Source: Candidatus Rokuibacteriota bacterium (GTDB lineage: Bacteria > Methylomirabilota > Methylomirabilia > Rokubacteriales > CSP1-6). From it: a stretch of DNA of 49,815 bases. Numbering within the stretch: the stretch's first letter is position 1; each line of letters opens with the position of its first letter. The translations under genes were made by a program, and so were the position numbers. The DNA lies in contig JACPCH010000021.1 of the NCBI GenBank assembly GCA_016179875.1, positions 1 to 49,815 on the forward strand, given 5' to 3'. Positions 25,674-34,288 of the stretch are shown one piece after another. The notes under the pieces were generated by a model that was not told the DNA's origin, did no database searches, and saw only the letters and a program-made list of their open reading frames with translations.

Positions 25674-25804
25674 TGTCGGCACCGGGCGCGGCCCGCCCCC
25701 GACACCGTATGGCACCCGCCGCCCGTCACCTATGACGTGGCTCATACGACCTAGAGCAGGCGCGCGAGGCGGTCGTGAGCCGGCAGGGAGCGGCGGCGGC
25801 CGAA

Positions 25805-26907
25805 TCAGCCCAGAGCCGGGAGAGCGAGGCCGTCAGGCGACGTCACGCCACCTCGGGGCTCCCACGCGCACAGCGGATCCTCGCCCAGCGCGTCGCCGGT
25901 CGCCGCGAACGCGCGGGCGCGCGAGCCGCCGCACAGCGCGTGGAACCCGCACGCGCCGCAGCGGCCGTGGAACCGCTCGGGCGCGCGCAGGTCCCGGAAG
26001 AGCGCGGCGTCGCGGTAGATCTCCAGCACGTCGCCCTCGCGGACGTTGCCGGCGGCGAGCGGCAGGAAGCCCGACGGCGTCACGTCGCCGTTCGCCGCGA
26101 TAAACAGGATCCCGTTGCCGTCGCGGATGCCGAAGCTCCGCGCGGCCGGGCTCTGGCGGATCTCCGCGCCGTTGGCGCCGCCGGCGCGCATCGCCTGGAC
26201 CAGGACCCGGCGCCAGTGGGGCGCCTCCGTCGTGGTCACCGCGAACGGCCACCCGGGGGCGCGGGCCGCCAGCCAGCGGAGCGTGGCCTCGCACTCGTCG
26301 GCGCCGAGCGGGCGCAGGGCCCGGCCGCGACCGACGGACACCAGGAAGAAGAGGCTCCAGCGGGCGGCGCCCATCCGGGCGACGACCCGGGCGATGGATT
26401 CCAGATCGGGCTCGGTCTCCGCGGTGACCAGCGTGTTGACCTGGAGCGGGATGCCGGCCGCCACGATCCGCTGCGCGGCCACGAGGGTCCAGCCGAAGCA
26501 GCCGTAGACGCCCCGGAGGCCGTCGTGGCGGGCCGGGCTCGACCCGTCGAGCGACAGCGACATCGCGCCCACGCCGGCCTCCTTGAGGGCGGACACCGTG
26601 TCCCGGCCGAGCGCCTGGGTCGCGCTCGGCGCCACCGCGACCGGCAGCCCGAGCCCGACCGCGTGCCGCACGAGCGGGAGGAGGTCGGGCCGCTTGAGCG
26701 GGTCGCCGCCCGTGAAGACGACGTGGGGCGCGGGCGCGCCCGCGGCGGCCAGCTGGTCCAGCACCCGCTCGCACTCCGCCGTCGTGAGCTCGCACGGCTC
26801 GCGCTCCTTCTGCGCCTCGGCGCGGCAGTGGCGGCAGGCGAGGTCGCAGGCCCGCGTGAGCTCCCAGTACACGCGGACGGGCGCCCGCGCGTACACGGGA
26901 GCCGGCA

Positions 26908-26908
<1 letters not shown>
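25805..26908 (-). CDS. radical SAM / SPASM-domain enzyme (NirJ/AhbD-like architecture)
   Basis: Same frame as ORF 25805..27850, trimmed to ATG 26908. Radical SAM motif CDLACRHC in VYWELTRACDLACRHCRAEA. FFLVSVGRG. C-terminal auxiliary-cluster Cys motif GRCGACGFHALCGG. The start overlaps the gltA stop by 1 nt (TGATG). Confidence 0.9.
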
Positions 26909-28193
<1,285 letters not shown>

Positions 28194-28197
<4 letters not shown>

Positions 28198-28433
28198 GAC
28201 GCGCCTCCCGTCTGAAGCCAGTGGCGGTAGGTGAGACAGCCGTGGTGGCAGCCGGTGGTGCAGAACCACGCGAACTCGTCCGCGGAGGGAACGCACAGCG
28301 GTCCCAGACGGAGCCGGCAGGTGAACCCGTGCGGATAGCTGTGCTCGAGGTCGCCGTCCACGGCGACGAGGAACGGGCATCCGGTGGACACGTTCCCGGA
28401 ATCGATCGGGACGGAACGGTCGGTCGCGATCAT
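28194..28433 (-). CDS. Cys/His-rich CPFL-motif protein 2 (79 aa, hypothetical)
   Basis: Same frame as ORF 28194..28637, trimmed to ATG 28433 (GGGAGG upstream). MIATDRSVPIDSGNVSTGCPFLVAVDGDLEHSYPHGFTCRLRLGPLCVPSADEFAWFCTTGCHHGCLTYRHWLQTGGAS, with 6 Cys. The stop overlaps the gltA start (ATGA). High GC3. Confidence 0.6.
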
Positions 28434-28435
28434 GG

Positions 28436-28660
28436 TCAGCCTCCCTGCGGCGGCGCGCCGGTCGGGGCGCCCGCGCTCGCCTGGTACCGCCCGCACGCGA
28501 GGTAGGCGCGCGTGACGCACACGCCCGCGAGGGTGGCCGGCGCCGGGACCCGCACGCTCTGGCCCGGGCGGTGGCAGTACATCCCGACCGGATACAGCCA
28601 GAGCCGGTCCGCGATCACCGGAACCAGAAAGGGGCACCGGTCGTCGGGTTCGCTCGTCAT
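28436..28660 (-). CDS. Cys-rich CPFL-motif protein 1 (74 aa, hypothetical)
   Basis: MTSEPDDRCPFLVPVIADRLWLYPVGMYCHRPGQSVRVPAPATLAGVCVTRAYLACGRYQASAGAPTGAPPQGG, with 4 Cys. GGAGGAGGG upstream. High GC3. The stop lies 2 nt before the paralog start. Confidence 0.6.
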   Translation of the reverse strand: MTSEPDDRCPFLVPVIADRLWLYPVGMYCHRPGQSVRVPAPATLAGVCVTRAYLACGRYQASAGAPTGAPPQGG

Positions 28661-28688
28661 CGCGTCCCTCCTCCGGCGGCGCCCGCCC

Positions 28689-29450
28689 TCACGGGAGGCT
28701 CCGCCCGTTCGTGCGCCAGTGGATGACGGCCGCGCGCTTCCGGAACGGCGCGATCCACTCCCCGTCGGCGCGCCGCAGGCGCGCGGCCAGGAAGCCGCGC
28801 AGGAACGCGCGCGGCGCCTCGCCCTGGAGCCGCATGTACTCCATCCAGAAGTCGCACGCCTCGTCGAGCGAGTCGAACGGCTGGTCGGAGTCGTACTCGA
28901 TCGCCGTCACCGTGGGCCGCACGCCGAGCCGCGCCAGCTCGTCGAGCGCCTCGTCGGCGTCGCAGCCGTGCTCGTACGGCCGGCCGAGGAGGCGCGGGTA
29001 GAGCTCGCCGAAGAAGAACTTGTCGCCGCCGGGCACGTCGCGCACGAGCGCGACGCCCCGCCGGGCGACGGCGCCGGCCTCGCGGAGGAAGGACGCGCCG
29101 CGCTTCACGAGGGGGCTCACGTGGGCGCAGACGACGAGATCGTGCGGCGCGACGGGCGCCGCCCCCCACGCCGCCTCCATCACGGTCAGGCGGGCGAGCC
29201 CCTCCCGCCCGGCGGCGCGCGCGAGCGCCGCCGCCATCGCGGGCGCGGGCTCGAGCGCGGTCACGACGAGGCCGCGCCGCGCGAGCGGCAGCGCGAGGGC
29301 GCCGAAGCCGGCGCCGACGTCGAGCGCGCTCGTCGAGCCCGCCAGCAGGTCGGCGAGCGCGGCGAGGACCTTCGGGGCGTAGTCGCTCCGCGCGTTCGCC
29401 CGCTCGTACCAGGCGACCGTCCGCGCGTTCCAGAGATCGCCGCGGCTCAG
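28689..29450 (-). CDS. class I SAM-dependent methyltransferase (start codon unresolved)
   Basis: SAM motif ALDVGAGFGALALPLA about 40 aa into the frame. The coding-like third-position bias of this frame begins only near 29450, where the only candidate start is CTG. The ORF-track start at 29696 would add about 80 aa of non-coding-looking sequence that contains a sigma54 promoter. Confidence 0.75.
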   Translation of the reverse strand: MSRGDLWNARTVAWYERANARSDYAPKVLAALADLLAGSTSALDVGAGFGALALPLARRGLVVTALEPAPAMAAALARAAGREGLARLTVMEAAWGAAPVAPHDLVVCAHVSPLVKRGASFLREAGAVARRGVALVRDVPGGDKFFFGELYPRLLGRPYEHGCDADEALDELARLGVRPTVTAIEYDSDQPFDSLDEACDFWMEYMRLQGEAPRAFLRGFLAARLRRADGEWIAPFRKRAAVIHWRTNGRSLP

Positions 29451-29515
29451 CGCCGCTCGACCAGGCAGATCCGGACCTTCCCTTCCTGCGCCAGCATGGA
29501 CCCGATCGCGATCAT
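29447..29515 (-). CDS. 22-codon leader ORF (MIAIGSMLAQEGKVRICLVERR), or the displaced true N-terminus of the methyltransferase
   Basis: AGGAGG 6 nt upstream of ATG 29515. 20 of 21 codons end in G/C. Its TGA overlaps the CTG at the head of the methyltransferase frame (CTGA). It sits about 40 nt downstream of the sigma54 promoter. Confidence 0.35.
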   Translation of the reverse strand: MIAIGSMLAQEGKVRICLVERR

Positions 29516-29554
29516 CGTCGCCTCCTGGTAAGGGTCGTCGACTTTCGGAAGCGA

Positions 29555-29570
29555 CGCAACCCGCGTGCCA
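29555..29570 (-). promoter_or_regulatory. sigma54 (RpoN) -24/-12 promoter P2
   Basis: The minus strand reads TGGCAC-GCGGG-TTGCG, a near-consensus TGGCAC-N5-TTGC. It is about 40 nt upstream of the leader ORF ATG at 29515. Confidence 0.75.
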
Positions 29571-29668
29571 CGATGCCACGCGCCGGGCCTGGTCGAATGA
29601 CCCACGAACGTAGGACGCACTCACGGGGCGGCGCGCCCCCGGCGGGGCGGCTGCGCCCCAGGCGGCGA

Positions 29669-29681
29669 GGCGATGTCCCAC
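29669..29681. promoter_or_regulatory. candidate enhancer (UAS) 13-mer, copy 2
   Basis: The plus strand reads GGCGATGTCCCAC. It is about 105 nt upstream of P2, just after the CheY stop. Confidence 0.4.
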
Positions 29682-29685
29682 CGGG

Positions 29686-30051
29686 TCACCGGCCATGGAC
29701 GGTCCGCTCGACCAGCGTCGCGAGCTCCGACGCCGCGAAGGGCTTGGCGAGGTAGGCGGCGGCGCCCGCGCCGAACGCGGCCTGGCGGCTCGCCTCCGAG
29801 GCGAACCCGGTGACCACGATGACCGGCACGGGCGCCGGCGCCCGGCAGGCGGCGTGCACGATGTCGAGCCCGTCGCCGTCCGGCAGCCGGAGGTCCGAGA
29901 TGACGAGCGCGAGCCGCTCGCTCGCGATGATGGCGAGCCCCTCGTGACGCGTGCTGCTCCCGATCACCCGGTAGCCGGAGCGCCCCAGGAGCCGCTCGTA
30001 GCTGGCCAGGAGGTCCCGCTCGTCGTCGACGGCGAGGATCGCCGGTGTCAC
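29686..30051 (-). CDS. single-domain response regulator (CheY-like receiver)
   Basis: 121 aa, ILAVDDE...LVISDLRLPDGDG...YLAKPF receiver motifs. GTG start overlaps the CBS gene stop (GTGA). Confidence 0.9.
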   Translation of the reverse strand: MTPAILAVDDERDLLASYERLLGRSGYRVIGSSTRHEGLAIIASERLALVISDLRLPDGDGLDIVHAACRAPAPVPVIVVTGFASEASRQAAFGAGAAAYLAKPFAASELATLVERTVHGR

Positions 30052-30452
30052 GCCGTCTTCGCGAACTCGCGGAGCACGTCGGTCTCCGTGATGATCCCGA
30101 CGAGCTGGCCGCTCGAGACGACCGGCAGCGCGCCGATCTTGTTCTCCACCATGACCTGCGCCGCCTCACGGGCCTCCTGGGTCGGGCCGATCGCGATGAC
30201 GTCCTTCGTCATCACGGCGCCGACCGTCATCTTGGCCAGGAGGTAGTTGATCTCCCAGACCGAGAGGCTGGTCGCCGGCGACGGCAGGTTGAGGCGGATG
30301 TCGCGGTCCGTCACGATGCCGGCGAGCCGCCCGCCGTTGGTCACCAGCAGATGGCGGATGCGCTTCTCCACCATGAGCTGGCGGGCCTCCAGCACGGGGG
30401 TCTCGGGCGCCACGGTGATGTAGCTGATCGTCATGATGTCCTGGACTCGCAT
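30048..30452 (-). CDS. CBS-pair domain protein
   Basis: 134 aa, two CBS repeats (VQDIMTISYITV...HLLV and VGAVMTKDVIAI...ALPVV). Confidence 0.9.
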   Translation of the reverse strand: MRVQDIMTISYITVAPETPVLEARQLMVEKRIRHLLVTNGGRLAGIVTDRDIRLNLPSPATSLSVWEINYLLAKMTVGAVMTKDVIAIGPTQEAREAAQVMVENKIGALPVVSSGQLVGIITETDVLREFAKTA

Positions 30453-30462
30453 GGGTCCTCCT

Positions 30463-31587
30463 TCAGCGGTGAGAGGCGCCGGAGGCGCTTCGGTGGAGCT
30501 GGTGCGCCAGCCTCAGCACGGCCTCGATGGCGCTCCAGGCGTCTTGCCGGTCGGTCCGGAGCGTGAGCTCGGGGGCGAGCGCGTGCTCGTAGTCGGGCGC
30601 GACGTCGGGCGCCGCGACGGTCCCCGGCGCGCCGCGGCGGGCGACACCGCCCGCCGCCAGGCACCAGCGCACCGCGCGCTCGCGGTCCACGCAGAGCTCG
30701 CGGGGGCAGACCAGCTGGACCTCGGCGAAGTGCGCGATCAGCTGGCGCGCCATCTCGCGCCAGGCCCGGCGCGACGCCGTCGCGTCCACGATCACCGGGA
30801 CGCCGGCCTCCGTCAAGAGCTTCGCCGCGCCGGCGAGCGCGCGGTGGACCAGCTCCCGCGCCGCGTCCGACTCCGGGCGGTCGCCCAGGACGAAGCGCCG
30901 CAGGTCCGCGAGGTCGAGCACGCGGATCGGGATCCCCCGCTCCGCGAGCGCCTCGGCCGCGCCCCAGGCGAGCGTCGTCTTGCCGCTGCCCGGCAGCCCC
31001 GTGATCCAGATCGCCCAGCCGCCGGCCGCCGGGCTCCGGCCCGCGCGCGGCGCGCGGGCCAGTCCACGCGCCAGGTCCAGGATCGCCGCGACGGAGGCCG
31101 CCGGGTCGTGGCGCGCGGTGTCGAGCGTCAGCTCGGGCGCGAGCGCCGGCTCGTACGCCACGTCCACGCCCGGCACCGTCGCCCCCGCCCGCCCGGCCCG
31201 CGCGTAGATGCCGGGGGGCGCGTGTCCCCCGGCGCGCCGCGCCTCGCGCTCGCGGCACACGTCGAGCGGGCAGACGAGCTGCACCTCGGCGAAGCGCGCG
31301 ATCGTCGCGCGCGCCAGGTCGCGCCACGCCCGGCGGTGGCCGGTGGCGTCGACGATCACGGGCACGCCGGCCTCGGTCAGGGCCGCGGCGATGTACACGA
31401 GGGCGCGATACACCAGCTCGCGCTCCGTCGCCGAGTACGTCGGCGCCGGCGTGAGCGTCTTGCGGAGCGCGTCGAGCTCCAGGTGGACGACCGGCTCGCC
31501 GCGCTCGCGGAGCGCCGCCGCCGCGCTCCGCGCCAGCACCGACTTGCCGCTGCCCGGCAGCCCGGTGATCCAGATCGCCCAGCTCAT
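30463..31587 (-). CDS. tandem-duplicated P-loop kinase (two adenylylsulfate-kinase-like domains in one chain)
   Basis: Same frame as ORF 30463..32136, trimmed to ATG 31587 (ATGA overlap). Two roughly 188-aa halves each start AIWITGLPGSGK(S/T) and share ...LTEAGVPVIVDAT..RRAWR..A...FAEVQLVCP...ALAPELTL. Confidence 0.8.
   Translation of the reverse strand: MSWAIWITGLPGSGKSVLARSAAAALRERGEPVVHLELDALRKTLTPAPTYSATERELVYRALVYIAAALTEAGVPVIVDATGHRRAWRDLARATIARFAEVQLVCPLDVCREREARRAGGHAPPGIYARAGRAGATVPGVDVAYEPALAPELTLDTARHDPAASVAAILDLARGLARAPRAGRSPAAGGWAIWITGLPGSGKTTLAWGAAEALAERGIPIRVLDLADLRRFVLGDRPESDAARELVHRALAGAAKLLTEAGVPVIVDATASRRAWREMARQLIAHFAEVQLVCPRELCVDRERAVRWCLAAGGVARRGAPGTVAAPDVAPDYEHALAPELTLRTDRQDAWSAIEAVLRLAHQLHRSASGASHR
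30463..31587 (-). repeat. intragenic tandem duplication, period 564 nt
   Basis: The 41-nt segments 30979-31019 and 31543-31583 (cttgccgctgcccggcagccc[c/g]gtgatccagatcgcccagc) differ at 1 position. Further similarity runs along both halves. Confidence 0.8.
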
Positions 31588-32684
31588 CGGGCCGCCCCGC
31601 AGAGCCGGTCGAGGGCGCCGGGCGCGAACGCGCCGCCGTCGAGCAGGCCGGTCGCCAGCCGGACCAGCGCCGTCCGGGTGGCCGGCGCGAGGGTCGGGTA
31701 CCAGCGCGGATGCGCGATCACCAGTGCCCGGAACGCGAGGAACGGCGGCAGCACCTCCAGGAGCTCCGCGTCGCCCGACCGCACGAGGTACACGGCGAGG
31801 AAGCGCCGGAAGAGCTCGCGGAAGGGCTCGGCCACCGTCGCCGGCTCGCGCTCGCTCCGGCGCAGCCCGAAGAAGAGATAGTTGATGCCGAGCGCCGCGA
31901 CGTCGTCGGCCGGCTCGCCCCATTCCCCGCGGCTCCGGTCGAGCACCGAGAAGTCCGTGCCGTCGCGGAAGAGCAGGTTCCACGGGTGGAAGTCGCCGTG
32001 CGTGCGCGCGAGCCGGTGGCTCCGCCCCCGGAGGCGCCAGCGCCAGGCCACGGCGGCGCGCTCGAGCGCCTCGCACGCCGCCGGCGGCAGGAACGGCCAC
32101 GGATGCGGCAGGCTGTCGAGAATCCCCATCAGGCACTCGCCGTGGCCGACGAGCTCCCGGATGCGGCGCTCGTAGAGCGTCGGCTCGTCACGGCGCTCGG
32201 CGTGGGCGCCGGCGAGGAACGCCGCCAGCGCCTCGGCGCGCGCCACGTCCAGCGGGCGCGGCGGGGCGACGAGCAGCCGGTCGAGGTCGAGCCAGTACAG
32301 CTGTCCGGCCGCCTTCTCGACGAGCTGGAAGAACTCGTGCGCGTCGCCGGCCGAGACCAGTTCGCCCGACGCGCGCTCGAAGCCGACGTCGAGGCTCCTC
32401 ACGTGCCGCGGAAAGCTGTTGTACGCCTCGTGGGCGTACAGCGCCTGCCACGCGCGGTCGGCGGGATAGTCGTGGCCGAAGCCGCGGGCCGGCCGCGTGC
32501 GCGACACGACGAACGCGCGCGGCGCGCCCCCGACGAGGCACTCCACCTCGAAGGGCACGCCATAGCCGAACCCCTTCGGGTCGAGCTCCGCGCCCGCGGC
32601 GGCCTTGAGGGGCTGGAGGCCCAGGATCTCGACGGGCGTGCGGAGCACGCCGGCGAGATAGCCCGTGAGCGTTGACTTATCCAC
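31584..32684 (-). CDS. aminoglycoside-phosphotransferase / choline-kinase-fold kinase (APH family)
   Basis: 366 aa. Catalytic loop HGDFHPWNLLF and downstream VLDRSRGEWGEPADDVA. GTG start with GGAG upstream. Confidence 0.85.
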   Translation of the reverse strand: MDKSTLTGYLAGVLRTPVEILGLQPLKAAAGAELDPKGFGYGVPFEVECLVGGAPRAFVVSRTRPARGFGHDYPADRAWQALYAHEAYNSFPRHVRSLDVGFERASGELVSAGDAHEFFQLVEKAAGQLYWLDLDRLLVAPPRPLDVARAEALAAFLAGAHAERRDEPTLYERRIRELVGHGECLMGILDSLPHPWPFLPPAACEALERAAVAWRWRLRGRSHRLARTHGDFHPWNLLFRDGTDFSVLDRSRGEWGEPADDVAALGINYLFFGLRRSEREPATVAEPFRELFRRFLAVYLVRSGDAELLEVLPPFLAFRALVIAHPRWYPTLAPATRTALVRLATGLLDGGAFAPGALDRLCGAAR

Positions 32685-32735
32685 CCGTCTCCGGTGACGT
32701 CGGTGCCGCGGCCCCGGGGCAGCCCATCATCCGGC

Positions 32736-33176
32736 CTACCGGCCCCGCACCGTGAGCACCGGACACGGCGACGCCGCCACCACGCGCCCCGCCACGCTGC
32801 CGAGGAACAGCTTCGCAAGCCCCGAGCGTCCGTGCGTGCCCATCACGACGAGGTCCGCCCGCCGCGACTTCGCGATCCGCACGATCTGCTCGTGCGGCAC
32901 GCCTTCGAGGAGGAACCCCCTGGCCCGCACGCCGGCGGCCTTCGCCTTCGCGAGGCGCTTGGCGAGCTGCTTCTGCCCCCACGCCTTGGTGGACGCCGCG
33001 ATCTCGTCGTAGACCTTCGGCGAGATGTAGCCGTCGCCGGGCACGGGGATCACCGGGTTCATGACGTGCACGAGCAGCAGCTCGCCGCGGCCGGCCTTCG
33101 CCATCTCGACCGCCTTCGCGAAGGCGGCGGCGGAGGCCGTGGAGAAATCCGTGGGGTGCAGGACGCGGCGGCTCAT
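32736..33176 (-). CDS. universal stress protein (UspA family) 3
   Basis: Same frame as ORF 32736..33641, trimmed to ATG 33176 (ATGA overlap). ...DLVVMGTHGRSGLAKLFLGSVAGRVV... Confidence 0.9.
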   Translation of the reverse strand: MSRRVLHPTDFSTASAAAFAKAVEMAKAGRGELLLVHVMNPVIPVPGDGYISPKVYDEIAASTKAWGQKQLAKRLAKAKAAGVRARGFLLEGVPHEQIVRIAKSRRADLVVMGTHGRSGLAKLFLGSVAGRVVAASPCPVLTVRGR

Positions 33177-33649
33177 CGCACGGCCTCCCAGGCCGCGCGC
33201 GCGGCCACCTGCGCCTCGGTCTGGCGCATCAGGAACACGGGCACCTCGGACTGCCGCAGCACCGCCTCGGCGACGGAGCCGAACAGCAGCCGGCCGAACC
33301 CGCTGCGCCCGTGCGTGGTCATCGCGATCAGGTCGGCCTTCGCCTCGCGGGCGGCGGCGAGGATCTCCCCGGCGGGCTCGCCGCGGCGCACCATGGTCCG
33401 GACGCGGATGCCCTTGGTGCGCAGCTCCGCGGCGATCGGCGTCAGGTACGCCTCGGCCTCCGCGCGCCGCTTTTCCGGGTCCTCCACCTCGACGTGCCGT
33501 GAGGCCTCGATGACCGACGGCGGCACCGGCACCATCACGCGGACCAGCACGACCTCGATGTCGAGCGGCCCCGCGATCTCGAGGATGAACGGCAGGATGC
33601 CCTCGGCCACGATGGAGCCATCGAGCGGGATGGCGACGCACTTATACAC
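33173..33649 (-). CDS. universal stress protein (UspA family) 2
   Basis: 158 aa, ...DLIAMTTHGRSGFGRLLFGSVAEAVL... Confidence 0.9.
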   Translation of the reverse strand: MYKCVAIPLDGSIVAEGILPFILEIAGPLDIEVVLVRVMVPVPPSVIEASRHVEVEDPEKRRAEAEAYLTPIAAELRTKGIRVRTMVRRGEPAGEILAAAREAKADLIAMTTHGRSGFGRLLFGSVAEAVLRQSEVPVFLMRQTEAQVAARAAWEAVR

Positions 33650-34121
33650 GGCTGGTCTCCTTCACCGGCGCCGCGGCGCGCGGCGGCTCGAGGGGCGCGC
33701 TGTCGGCGCGCACGACGAGGATGGGGGTGGTGGTGCCACGCAGCACCGCCTCGGCGACGCTCCCGAGGATCAAGCGGCCCAGGCCGCTCCGCCCGTGCGT
33801 GGACATCGTGATCAGGTCCGCCTTCTGCACGCGCGCCGCCTCGACGATGGCCCCGGCGGGTGCGCCGTACCAGACGTGCGTCTCCACCTTCCGGATGTCG
33901 CGGTCCGCCAGCCGGCGGACGACGCCCTCGAGATACTCCTCGGCCTCGCGTACCGCCGCGACCTGCGCGTCCACCGGATCGGCGCCGGGCACGGTGTGCG
34001 CCTCGGCAGCCCTGAGGAGGCTCACCGTGGCGTCCGTGCCGGCCAGATCGATCGCCTGCCACAACGCCGCCTCGGCCAGGGTCGAGCCGTCCAGCGGCAC
34101 CAGGATCTTGGCGAGCTTCAT
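33642..34121 (-). CDS. universal stress protein (UspA family) 1
   Basis: Same frame as ORF 33642..34142, trimmed to ATG 34121 (GGAGGAGG 6 nt upstream). ...DLITMSTHGRSGLGRLILGSVAEAVL... Confidence 0.9.
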   Translation of the reverse strand: MKLAKILVPLDGSTLAEAALWQAIDLAGTDATVSLLRAAEAHTVPGADPVDAQVAAVREAEEYLEGVVRRLADRDIRKVETHVWYGAPAGAIVEAARVQKADLITMSTHGRSGLGRLILGSVAEAVLRGTTTPILVVRADSAPLEPPRAAAPVKETSRV

Positions 34122-34171
34122 GGGCTGCCTCCTCCCCGTCATGGGTTGCCTGCACTCCGCTCACGGAGACG

Positions 34172-34187
34172 AGCAACCCCGATGCCA
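34172..34187 (-). promoter_or_regulatory. sigma54 (RpoN) -24/-12 promoter P1
   Basis: The minus strand reads TGGCAT-CGGGG-TTGCT with exact GG-N10-GC spacing. It is 50 nt upstream of the USP start at 34121 and immediately downstream of the bEBP gene. Confidence 0.7.
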
Positions 34188-34200
34188 GAGGGAAGAGGTG

Positions 34201-34229
34201 AAGGAAAACGGCGGCTTATCGCCCGTTTC
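34201..34229 (-). terminator. intrinsic-terminator-like hairpin after the bEBP gene
   Basis: The minus strand reads GAAACGGGCG-ATAAG-CCGCCGTTTTCCTT. This gives a stem of about 8 bp with one bulge followed by a T-rich tail, located between the bEBP stop and P1. Confidence 0.5.
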
Positions 34230-34259
34230 TCGGGGGCTCGATGTGGCCGGGCAGCCCCT

Positions 34260-34272
34260 GTGGGACATCGCC
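34260..34272. promoter_or_regulatory. candidate enhancer (UAS) 13-mer, copy 1
   Basis: The plus strand reads GTGGGACATCGCC, the exact reverse complement of the 13-mer at 29669-29681. It is about 80 nt upstream of P1. Confidence 0.4.
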
Positions 34273-34288
34273 GCCCCGTCGCCGAGGG

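Noticed and set aside
25526-25804. Plus-strand ORFs 25403..25735 and 25524..25754 in the 279-nt intergenic region
   Set aside because: They have poor codon bias and no SD, and they run antisense across the sigma54-like promoter and hairpins. The region is better explained as a terminator plus enhancer/promoter for the CPFL mini-ORF and PAS-LuxR unit.
29451-29696. Using ATG 29696 as the methyltransferase start (335-aa ORF)
   Set aside because: The extension would read through the near-consensus sigma54 promoter and the strong-SD leader ORF. It overlaps the CheY stop and lacks G/C third-position bias.
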